A DNA stretch of 64,000 bases. Source: Moniliella sp. 'wahieum' (taxonomy: Eukaryota). Position numbers and translations under genes: made by a program. The notes under the pieces are model-generated. The model was given only the letters and a program-made list of their open reading frames with translations. It was not told the origin of the DNA and made no database searches. The stretch spans positions 310,001 through 374,000 of the forward strand of contig RSEE01000064.1 of assembly GCA_003971905.1 (NCBI GenBank), read 5' to 3'. This document shows, one piece after another, positions 25,843-37,400 of this stretch (positions within the stretch are counted from its first letter, which is position 1; each line of letters begins with the position of its first letter).

Positions 25843-28765
25843 GGTGGCGAGACGTCCCAGCGGAGAAGGTGGCAAGGCTGTGGCCGAGGCAGCAGGACGG
25901 ACCGAGAGGAGCTAAGGAGACGAGACGACAAGCGACGGACGAGGAGAGGTTGGGTCGATGGTGGATACTAGGTTGGGGTGGGGGGAGGGAAAAGAAGGGA
26001 AAGGAAGAAGAAAGGGAGTGGGCTGGGTAAGCTGGCACAGCAGTCGGGCCGCGTTTCCGCCGGCTTTGTATATACTACCCACCCACTGAATCGCCGCCGA
26101 TCCAAACCTTGGCACGGCGGGCTCCAGGCGGCTACCGGCGGCACTGGGGTGGTGACGCGTTGACACACTCCGTGCTCGTACTCAGTTGCTCAACGTCTAA
26201 CACCAGTCTGAGTACTGCGTTGGGTTGTTGAGTGCCCACGCACTCGAACACGCAGCGCTCGCCCTTCCCATCGGCCAGGGCAGGCGAGGCAGGAGGAGGG
26301 CGAGGCGCAGTGGGTGACGCGTGACGCTGGTGCAACCAGCCGTGTGGGACAGGTGACCGATGACTGTGATGGCCAGTGCCCAAATTTGGGTGTGGGACAC
26401 TGGCAAGACGGACGCGCTGGCGGGGCTGTGTGCCGCGCCCTGCGCCGCCCACCGGCCACCCAACACCGGCACCAGGTCACCTGTATCCAGATGCAAACAG
26501 GCGCGCTGCCCAGACTGGATGGTGCTCGATGGCGACCAGTGCCGTGCGTTTGCGAGTAGCGGATCTCGACCATCGATCAAGCTTCAAGCTCAAGCTTCAA
26601 AAGGTGGAACCCTGGAAGGCACAACGTCCGGCCTGGCGGCACCCGTTTTTACCCGGTCATAGTAGAAGCGCTAAGCATTGTGTGGTCAGTACTCAGTACC
26701 AGGCATACACTGAGTACTGAGTTGAGCCCTGCTGAGCATCGGGCCCTCACAGACCTCAGGTGAGGGCTTCAACAGTCCACAATTCCGCGAGTCTCTCTAT
26801 CTGACGCTGAGGCTTATAGCTACTGGTCCTAGTGCTAGTAACCGCTCAGGCACTCAGACTGAGCCCTCTAATGATTAATGAGCGATGATCGCAGGAACAG
26901 TGGAGAACGTGGTGGGTGGATACGTTGAGTCGGATCTGCGCACCGTCCTCGAGACGAGTACCACAGACGCGCTTTCAAGCTTCGAATGCATATGCCCAGA
27001 CATCAAGACTCTCAAAAGGGTTTAAGCAACCCTGATTAGCTGTGCCCCATGGGGTACTACCACGCTCGGGCAGAACCGAACCCTCTATACCATCACGTCG
27101 AACTTATGACCCATCGAGAGTCACTGTCACCATCCACCCCTCGCTTTTTGCAGAGAGTAGTAAAGCCCGATTACCTCTGCTAAGCGCTAATTAAGCGCTC
27201 AATGTGACAGGAAAAGCCGCGTATACAATGAGCGGCCGTTCCCATCGTTCCCACTGACCCGCGATGGAGAGGGCGTCTTCAGCTGCAAAACAGACCGAAA
27301 GGGATGATGGAAACCTGGGCGAGAATAGTGGAGAAGGTATAGGATATGAAGAACGAGCCTTTCATGTGGCCTTCTTCCGTTATCCCACGGCGTTTGTTAC
27401 AAATATGACCAATTTATGGTTTCCTGTATAGCCCTACCAGGCCCCACCGTCTAACAGTAATCGAGACTAAGCAGAGTCACTAGTCACTAGTCAACAAAAA
27501 AACGTCAAACCATCACCTCTTGGTCCTCTCTCCGCGGACACTCCTTGGCCACGTGGAGCGGCCTGGAGCGCGGAGCGGCCAAGGGCGGCCATGTATATCC
27601 GGGTAAATGTAGGTACACACACTGGGCGCGTCAAGCTTCAAGGGAACTCCAAACGTCCTCGGGGCGGCGGGTGTCTGAGGCTCGGTGCTGACTATGTCTC
27701 TGACTCTCCGCATCTCACACACCTACTATCTCGCAAGGTGAAAACACCCAGCAGCGACACTGGCCCAGTGCTGCAGCATGCCGGTTGAACGTTGCGCGTT
27801 ACGTTGAACGTTGAATATTGAACGTGCCTAGAGATTTGACGCGTTGATCGATGAGCGCTGAGCGCTCGCTGAGCTCCAACCTAGCGCAACGCGGTCAGAA
27901 GACCTGAATGCATGTGGCAGGATCCGATGTGTGTGCAGCTTTAGTTGGGACCGCGGTTTGCTGCGGGGCGCGATCATCGATCAGCAAGCAGCGCGCAAGC
28001 GCTCCGCGACTGAGCAATGCCACTTGTCACTTCCTTGCGGACGCCCACGTCGCCTGTCCCTTTTGTCGATTATCAATTATCGCAGAAGCAGTATATCCTA
28101 GCCACCACATGAGGTACACCAGGGTATACACCCTGGTGTGCCCCAACAGTGGAGTGCGCCCGGCCAGGCACACAAAGGGGGCCCACACCGACCCGGCGCA
28201 GAGGGTGCAGACACGTGGATACTTCAGCATATTGGGTTGCACCACAGCTTGCACCTTGCGTGTCTTTGCTTACGTTAGCCGCTTAGCGCTTAGCCGCTTA
28301 GCATCCATCAGCTCTCGATGCGGCCGGCTGCTGTCTGCCCTCTTGATCTTACATGTTACTTCTGTTACATGCACACAGCACTGCTGCCGTAGTTTCTCGC
28401 TCCGTTGTAAATATATCGCAGATTGCATCATCATGTGATGTATCGCGCCCCCGTTGGGACGGGGGTCTTCTCGCGTTTTCCGGACGTAGGCATGACACGA
28501 AACACATGACATTTACTCTAGCAAATGGTATATTCTGCTACTCTTTCCCAATATATCCCCCGGGGGAGGTGGGGGTTTGTATAAGAGACTAACAGTCATT
28601 CGCTCGTGTAATGAGAAGCAATCGAATAAAGATTCAACTGTTTGACTTCTTCGTGTGTCGAATTGACCGCGGTGATCCCGCGGACTCAGGTTGCGATCAT
28701 GTTCGATACGGCCCCAGACGTCTATTAGCGCCTCACTTCATGATTGAGTCCTCTCCTCTCCTTTC

Positions 28766-28770
<5 letters not shown>

Positions 28771-28816
<46 letters not shown>
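28771..28816 (+). repeat. (TC)23 microsatellite
   Basis: Perfect TC dinucleotide run. Confidence 0.95.
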
Positions 28817-28822
<6 letters not shown>

Positions 28823-29398
28823 ATGTCTTCTGCGGCACCTATGGTCCCACCTCCTGTCTTCGAAACACCATCGCATCTGCTGTACAACATGTTTGAAGGG
28901 AGGCATAGGTTGCTGTGCTCGTTCTGGCGCATACCCGACCTCGCCACACATTTTTATGCTGTGGCGTCAATTAAGAGGTATAATACCTTAGTATCTATTA
29001 GCTTCGGTCAAATCTGCCAATAATGTTCAGTCTCGAACAATCATGGATGGTCTGTCCTCTCTCCTCCGATGGAACACACTCCTATACTATAGGTGGAGCC
29101 TCAGTCCGTGGTCCGTCTTCCTGGACATACACCTGTTTTTCTTACCCCCTTGCACTTCCCCTTCTCTCTGCGATACTACTCGCTATGCGGTTCTTCCACA
29201 GCAAACACCCCCTTCGATCATCTGACTTCTCTGAGCACACGGCAGTGCCAATAGCCTTTTATCCACAAAACACTGAGTCTGTCATATGGACCTAGAGGCT
29301 ACGACTTTTCTCCTTGTACATGAATGTTAAGCACGCACAGAGCAAAATGGTTTAGAGAAAAACAGCATGTGGAACAAGGGCTGATTCGAGTATTGAAG

Positions 29399-29492
29399 TC
29401 CTCGATGGTCCAACGGCTATGATGTGACGCTCTCACTGCGACGAATCGCAGGGAATACCGTCAAGACCCGGGTTCGACTCCCGGTCGGGGAA
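29399..29492 (+). tRNA. tRNA-Glu(CTC) with 22-nt intron (29436-29457)
   Basis: Acceptor stem TCCTCGA/TCGGGGA. Anticodon stem TGACG/CGTCA with CT-CTC-A loop. T-loop GGTTCGACTCC. Intron after position 37. T6 Pol III terminator at 29494-29499. Confidence 0.93.
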
Positions 29493-29659
29493 CTTTTTTG
29501 GTGCTGAGAAGCATGTGGCGGAACGAAAGGCGGAATGAAGGCCGCGTGGTCCACAACATTTCAGACCAACTGGGGGATCGGTGCTGAAGCTGTGATGTGC
29601 AGGCCCGCATAAGGCCGACCTTCTTGGGCGAGCGGCCGGCGGCTGCTCACCCCAGCAAC

Positions 29660-30136
29660 ATGGCGTCGATGCTGCGCAAGATGGCCTCGGCCCTGGGCGG
29701 CGGGGGCACAAGCTTGCGCTGGTGGTGCGGCAGGACCTGAAGATGGACAAGGGCAAGACGGCCGCGCAGTGCTCGCATGCCACTCTGGCGTGCTACAAGG
29801 CTGCCCTCAAGCGCAACCAGTCGGCCGTGCATGCGTGGGAAGCGTCGGGCCAGGCCAAGGTGGTGCTCAAGTGCAAGGACGAGGTGGAGATGGTGGCTCT
29901 GGAGCGCAAGGCCAGGGAACGCGGCTTGGTCGCACAGAGCATCCATGATGCGTACGTATTATCCTCTCGCCTTGCGCTGGCGTCCGACCGCCGTCCGAGA
30001 AGCCAGTACTGATGCACACCCCGCCGTTCGCAGCGGCCGTACCCAGGTCGCGGCGGGCTCCCGTACCGTCCTGGGAATAGGTCCTGGCCCGATTGGCCAG
30101 ATCGATATGGTTACGGGAAAGCTGGGGTTGCTCTAA
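29660..30136 (+). CDS. PTH2: Peptidyl-tRNA hydrolase 2
   Basis: LVVRQDLKMDKGKTAAQCSHA, GQAKVVLK, and, after intron 29952-30033 (GTACGT..CAG), DAGRTQVAAGSRTVLGIGPGP...VTGKLGLL*. ATG at 29660 with a frameshift in the G-run near 29705. Confidence 0.93.
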
Positions 30137-30355
30137 ATGTCCTGCCTACCGATGGTCACGGTGATACCCAACCTGTCGCTTCCGCGAAAAACAAAATAGT
30201 AGGACCAATCGTGCGCATCCATTACCGCTAAGCTTTCCTTGCCATCGGGGCCAACTACCGACTAGATGAAGCTGGCAGGTGCGAAGCGCCAAAGACGTCT
30301 AAAATTCATCGGGCCATATGGGGCGTGAAAAGGCGGCGGGGGATTCGTAAATCTG

Positions 30356-33300
30356 CTACAAGAAGGGGGGTAGGTGGTGCGGACCGCCGGAAAACAAGGA
30401 CGTTGAGTCGGAGTGCGAGGGCGGGGGGAAGGGGGGCAAGAGGTGAGGTGCTGCCTGAGGGACAGCTTGGCCATCCTGGTCGTTGAGCAGCGTCAGGGGG
30501 GAGGTAGCAACCGAAGATGGTTGAGCTGGTGTACCCTGTGAGACGGGACCGGGCACGACCGGCGCGACAGGCACGACAGGCAAGACCGGCGCCAGAGGTG
30601 CGACTCGCGATTGGACAGAAGTGACCGGAAGGACGGATGGGATCGAGGAGGCACGGGATAAGGCGCTCCTACGCTCGGGGAAAGCCGGCGAACCTGAAGC
30701 CGGGCGACCGTACATTGATGGCGAGGGACTAAAACCAGGGGGAGAAAAGAAGTCCACTGCTGTCCGTCCAGGTCGTCGAGGGAGAGGGTATGGTGCGGAG
30801 GCGAGAGTGCTTGCGGCCCTTGTCTCTAGCAGCCATCACGTTCACACCGCCCTCCACCGTGTTGGGTAGAGTGCCATCCTGCTGGAATTGGAGGTGAGGT
30901 CGGATAGGTTTTCTGTCTGCGAACGCAATCGAGTTGGCATGGATCTGGTTCGAAGCCGTGGGCGACATAGGCGGAATGGGGTTGGAGACTGAAGCAAAGC
31001 TCTGCAAGTCCATCCCATCCAAACCCAGGGACGAGATGTGATTTGTCGGGCCGAAAAGCGAGGGCCCTACTCCTCGAGGGGCGGAGGGGAAGTACAGGCC
31101 ATCCAGCATTCCGTCGGGATGGAACGGGGTGGAAGAGCCATGGGTGCGAATCCATCCTCGAGGGGGGTACCATCCGCTTCTCCTGTCTCCCCAGCCACAG
31201 GGCGGGAGGATGATTCGGAAGCGGAACGGGACATGTGGGTGCGAACCAGTTTGCTGAGAAACCTAGCATGCAGCGCCGAGAGGTGAGTGGGGTAAGCTGC
31301 CATCACTTCCAAATGGTCGGCCGTGGAAGAGACCAGTTGAAGAATGTTCTCTTGTGGCATTAATGCGGTCAACTCAGACCTATTGAGTTTGAGAAGAAAG
31401 ACGCAGGCATAGGAGATTTGCACAAACTGAACGTCCGGTGCATAGCGAAGATGCCATCCCAAGGTGAGGGAGGAGAAAATGATGCTCTTGGCCGCTTGAA
31501 CGCAGCGAAGGTAGTCTAGGCAAATCAGAGGGGTGTCAGGCGAAAATATCGAGAGAGGGGTAGGCCTAGGTACATACAAGTGGTCCAATCGTGCGTATCA
31601 CTCGGGTGGTCGAGACAATGCTGAAGCGCGAAAGAATGAAGAAGGAGAAGAGCATAGCTTCCAATCATCGGCAAGCGCCGAACCATGCAGCAGTACGCTT
31701 CCCGCCAAGTCCGTTCCGGGTCTGCATTTGCAGCTTGTGTTGAAGGAAAAGGTGCTGCACCAGAGCGTGTATCGCCACAGCTGCCGCCCCGTCTTGCCCC
31801 CCTCCCCTGCTCATGATAGGTGACTGCATGTCTTGATCAGGGTGGGAGGTCTTACTTTGGGCAAGGATGAGAGGGTCAGGCGGAGGAAACGGATGGGTGC
31901 CCACCAATGTATTGGCAGCTGCACTGATGGCATCCGGGGCGGAAGTGAGAGGGAGAACGGTGCCGATGTCCTCGGTGCGGTCCACGCATTCGGTTGCTGT
32001 GGACGGTGCGCGTGAGGCGATTGAAGCGGAAACCTGGGCTGTGAGCGGAGGGGCGTTTGGATCCCTCGGAGTCGGGAACCCGCCCGGGTGAATATCCTGC
32101 CACCGGTCAACACAGTGTTGCTGCCATGTGATGCGCCAGTCATCTAGTTGCTGGCCAAATAACCCAAACACGGTGGTTAGATTGCCCGAGGGAACCTCAC
32201 CGGATTCGCCTACCACATTTCCGGCAGAGCGCATGGCCTCAAGGTAGCCCATTTGGCGAGTGAGGATGCGAAGCAACTCCACTGTTGCCACCACCCCAAC
32301 GTCCATGGGCGCCGCGTCCGGGGCTGAAAGCCATTCGGATGCTGCTCCTCGAATCACCTCGTCTTCTTGGATCATGCCGGGTTTGCCCATTACAGAGGAC
32401 AGCCAACGGTCCAAACAGTAACAATACAACCAAGTGCGTTCACGATTGCGTACCTCCCAAGCCAAAGTAGGCCCACACGAGCCCTTGTTCGCGTCTTTTC
32501 CTCTTCGGAGAGGCGAACCTTGCGATGTAAATTAAGGTCGATCCCATCCGGAACGCGATACCTGAGAACAGCCAGCACGTATCATGTTGAAACGTTTTTG
32601 ACGGCTGCCGCCAAAAGGAAAGCAGAAGAAGGGCCTGTACTACCTCCACTGACTTGACCCCATCATGAAGAACGGTAAAGGTGAGTTGGCGTGCATGGGC
32701 GTCGCATACAGGGTACCACTCGGGGCCACGACGATGGAACTTGGATGCGACGGTGCAAATCGCTGCGTAGAGTAAGGGCGAGGGCGCTGCTGAGGTAGGC
32801 GGGAGTATGATACTCGTACGACAGAAAGGGGAGATGGGGGGCGCAACGGGTAAAGTAAATCTGAAACAACTCCTTAGCTTCCTCCATTGTCAAAAGGTTA
32901 CCGATGGCTTGATGATGTTGTGCTTGCTCATCCCCCACATGCACCTCACGTAGGGAGATGGCGGCCATGTCGTTGAAAGAAAAGTAGGTTGGTCCTGCAA
33001 CGCCTTGCGGGGGAGGAGTGCTGCTTGAGCCGGTGTTGTTGGGTGCTTTCTCAGATGGCAGCATCTCCGTCGACTGCACCGAGTCAGATTTCTGTGATGG
33101 TTGAGCAAGGCCAACGATCACGGTTGGTCCCTCCTTAGAGCCAGAGGTCGGGGAATGGCCTCCCTCGGTCGCTCGGCACTGTGGCTCTGTAGACCAGCCT
33201 CGGCCAACAACCCGAATGGATCCAGCCTACCATCAGGGGCAGTGAGGGAGCGTCGCGAGCTGGGACGCTGGCTCATGGCAGGAGGGGGTACGGGACATTA

Positions 33301-34482
33301 AGAGCGACCCATCCAGCACAGACTCGTAGGAATGATGGGCTGGTACCCGTGGGCGTGGGCGGTTCTCCCGACGGGTTGGAGCTAGAGCCGGAAATGCCGG
33401 CGGGAGATGCGATAGTAGGCACAGTGGGAGCCAACATATTGTCTGCATTTTTCGGCGAGCCCGTGGCCTGCTCCGAACGTGTACTCGACTTGCGCGGTAC
33501 TTTCCCGCGGTTGACGGTTCAAAAATGCACTCGTGACCCACCAAACGACACCGTTTGCATGGTGGGCCCTGCTCTGCACCGACACAACGCATCTTGAGTT
33601 TACGACAATGCAGACACGCCCGGTTTCCCCGGTGGCTTCGGAGGCGGGAGCCTGGGGCGGCGCCCTTGTCGGACGAGTTGAGCGGCGAAGAGATTTGAGC
33701 AGGCTTAGAAGAAACAGAGTCTGGACGCAAGCTGACCAAAGATCCCACTGAGGCACGATGGGGGAAGATCTGTTGTGAGGAGGTTGGACCCGAGATAACA
33801 GAAGAGCGAGTGCGCGGGCGCTTGCGCACCGAGTCGTCATCGAAAAAAGACGGAGCGGGGCCAGCGGGGCGGAGGGGATCTTCAGGCAGAGCATCGGCTC
33901 GCAAAGTGCTCCACCCATCTTCCTGGGCTGGGGGAAGAGCTGTTGGGGGCGGGCGGGGGGCGCAACGGTGGGGAGGAGGGAAGGGCCATGCGCTGGGAAG
34001 GGACCAGTTGTCGGCTGGTTGTACGACGCAGGCCGGTATATGTAAGAAGGGGTGTAAGCATTGTAGGTCCTAGGTTCGGGCGGTGGGGGAGGGGCGAGGC
34101 TGGGACTGAGATGGTTGGGACTGGGGTGGAGGGTGGGGTTGGGACTGGGACTGCGAGGAATGGGATTGGGATTGGGAGTGGGAGTGCGATTGGGATTGGG
34201 ATTGGGGTCGGGATTGGGATTCGGATTGGGATTGAGACTGGGATTGGGATTGGGGCGGCGCGGAAGACGTCGAGGGGTCGAGTAGAAAGAAGGGACGGTC
34301 GTGGGGGCATGCACCGGTGCCGAGGCAGCCGTGGCCACGTCGAGCTCGTGCGCGAGTGCCAGTGAGGATGCCGGCAGCTGCAGGGACGCCGATATCTCGT
34401 AGGTGCCAACCGGCGATGTCGTCGTAGCCAGGGGGGGCCTGCGCGATGTGCCGTCGGGGTCGAAGGGGCTGTTGCTGGGCAT
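30356..34482 (-). CDS. Zn(II)2Cys6 fungal transcription factor with middle-homology domain (priB/Aro80-like); several frameshifts
   Basis: [34 protein letters not shown] binuclear cluster near 33520-33620. Further motifs: [33 protein letters not shown] and [29 protein letters not shown] 34482 (MPSNSPF). The 3' end is at 30356 or 30262. Confidence 0.88.
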
Positions 34483-37400
34483 GGATAGCCAGCACGTGGG
34501 TTGGGCGTGTCGGGGGTGGGGGTGGTGGGGAGGGGTGAGAGGATGGGGGGAAGGGGGGGAAGGGGGGGAAGGGGGGGGGGCAGAAGAAGAAATGGCTGCG
34601 GTGCGACCAACGCTGGCCAAGCGGGGGCAGGCAGCAGATCGGCAGGCACCTGCACAACACAGCAGCGTCTGTCTCACGTCTCCGACATACATACCATCGC
34701 CGGGACCGGTGGCCGGGGGGCGCAGGGCCCTGGGCCTGGGCTGGCCGGTGCTGTGGCGCAGCCACCGCGTGCCCAGGCTGAGTGCTGGTGCCCGCTGGCG
34801 CCTCGGACGCTGAGGCGCTGAGGCCGAGGTCTGAGTGATCGATGATTGAGTCCGGGTCTGCGTCTGAGGGATCGGAATCTGAGGCCTTCTGGGGTCTCTG
34901 AGGTCTGAGATCTGGGGCCGGAGGCTGCCAGAGTTTGGCGTGGGCGTGAGGGCCCACGCCAACCGGATGGACTCCCCAAACATGTAATCGATCTCGCTTC
35001 AAGCTTCACCGATCGTCATCCATCCCTGCGCCCTTCTAGACGAGTGAGTACTGAGTCTCCGCACGGAGGGACTGACTATCGACGAGTTGCATGTTACACG
35101 TTAGGAGTTAGTGGTTTACTGGCTACTGCTTGCTGGTGAACAGCAGTCTGGAGGTGCTCGGCCTTGGCCTCCGCGGTAAGGCTGAGCGCCAAGTTAATAC
35201 GCCCGTCACCGCCTCACCGCCCCACTGCTGCCTCATCCGTCCGCGGAAACGTTTACCCGTCAAGCTTGAAGCTTGAAGAATAAGCCAGCTAAGCTAGCTA
35301 AGCTGCTATACGCCATAGCTACCCTTCATCAACGTTCATGCAACAACATCCATCGTTCCACATTCAATATTCAACCACCATCTCTTCAGCTACAATTATG
35401 TGCCCCATCAACGAAATATCGTGGGATATAAACTGTTGTAGCACGCAACCCGAACCAACGATTCAGAGGTAAAGGTTGACACAACATAGTCACCCGGCCT
35501 TGATCTTCCTCCCTCTCTCGTGAGGCCTGAGGCGTGCACGTTCAGTACGATGTGTTTGGTAGACACGCCATTCATCATGTCCACAAGCCCTGTGGCGTAT
35601 GATGTGGCAGATATAGATACGTCTGTTTCAATGTTCGGCCTCTAACCGTCCGGTCTGGGGGCGGAAGGCAAAAGGCGGACGAAGTTCCACGTTCAGGGTG
35701 ATGGGGTAGACACCTGGCGCTGAAACCGTGATGCGGCGTGTGAGCGTGCGGGCGAAGAGCCCGGCTCACGTTGCGTCCGAAGTAGAGTAGAACGACCAAC
35801 GAGGAGCTCTTTCAGCTACTCCCAGTCAAGCCTGAGCCTAAGCCCTGAACCTCAAGACTCGGTCTGGACTCGGTCTGAGTCCTCAGTTGCACCTGTCGTT
35901 ACATGTGACATGCAACCACTGCAACGCAAGAGGGATGTCACTGGCATGGCGGCGAAGGTTCAGTCTTAGTACGTCGGGGCCCGCCCGGCACGTTGGGGAA
36001 GGGATGTAAAGGGTCTTCTAACCCTGCCCCAACTGCAGAGAGGACACTCGCACGTGGAAAAGCCCATGAGCCATGTCACATGTCAACTGCCGCATGGTGG
36101 GACGGTAGGTAGATTACTGCGACGGGAGCCGCCGGGATGATTTGGCCGGCCGGTCGCGCCAGCTGCCCGGATGCGACGGGTGAGCTCCCGTGACCGCTGC
36201 GCCCAGAGACCGGGCCGGTTGTCGGAGAGTCAGTCTAAGGCCGCGCGCAGGAGGAGGGAGGGAAGAGAGGGGGACCAGCGTGTTGGGCAGCGGCAAGGTG
36301 CAGGATATGCCACGGCCGCAGCGGAACAACCGTTGGGACACAGCGACGCCGTGGACGTGAAGCTTGAAGGCGCGCATGGAACAAACGATGATCTCCTGTG
36401 GTAAGTTCTGCGCTGAGCGCTGACGCGCTGACGGGGCTCAGCCTGTCAGAGCCCGGGGTGCGTCTGCCCGGCGTTTTCTCGGGAAACGGGCGGCTGAGAC
36501 ATTTGGACGATCGAACACCACCTAGTGCTGACCGGCTCGCTCCCACAACACTATCGTATATCAATGGTACAGGAGGGAGTGCCAGGCTGTAGTGGGCTTG
36601 TGCGCATTACCCTGCGGACCCGGCGTAACATATCGTGCCAACCCGTCCATAGTAGTTCAAAGTTGTGAGGGCCATGCACATGGCGCTCAAGCTCATGCAT
36701 GCCATGCAATCAACGTTCAACAGCATATTAACAGAACGCACCCTACCCTGCAGAGTACCCTCCGGCTTCAATCAGCCAGCTGTCGTATGGTCTTCTGATG
36801 GGCAAACAACGACCACCCCCCTCCGTCCTCCTCTTTACATCAATCTGCAACGGTGCAACCTTCCATGACAATGAGCCCCGGCTCTTGACCCGCTCTCAGG
36901 CTTACTGTCCCCATACCGGGTGCGCTCTTATAGACTGCTCTCTTGCCATGTACCCTTCTCTCCGAAACCTGGCTGTAAAGAACCAAACCCAGAAATGGGC
37001 CGGCGGAGCTTCAGAGAAACAGATTCTTTTGATAATCGATAACCGGTAACCGGCCGGTTATCACGCGGTATAGAAGTTATCTCGTCAAACCTCAGGCCTC
37101 AGGTGGATACTAGTAGCCGGGGGAGAAGCAAACACCCGTGGATGCGTTCGGGCCAAGGTACGTGAGTAAAAACGCTAAAGAGAAACGCTAACGTGCTGTA
37201 CTATAATGCCATCAATGCATACCAAGTTTTTCAGTGCAAGTCGCCGGTAGGCTCAGCTCTTTGTTGGCATGTGAGAGGCAAATGTGGCTAGTTTCACATG
37301 CCACATGGCCGGCAGCCTGTGAAAAACGTGCAGTCGTTGAAAAACCACAAGTGATGAACGCTGACATGGACATCAGCTTCTCTCCTATATCAGCACAGGA

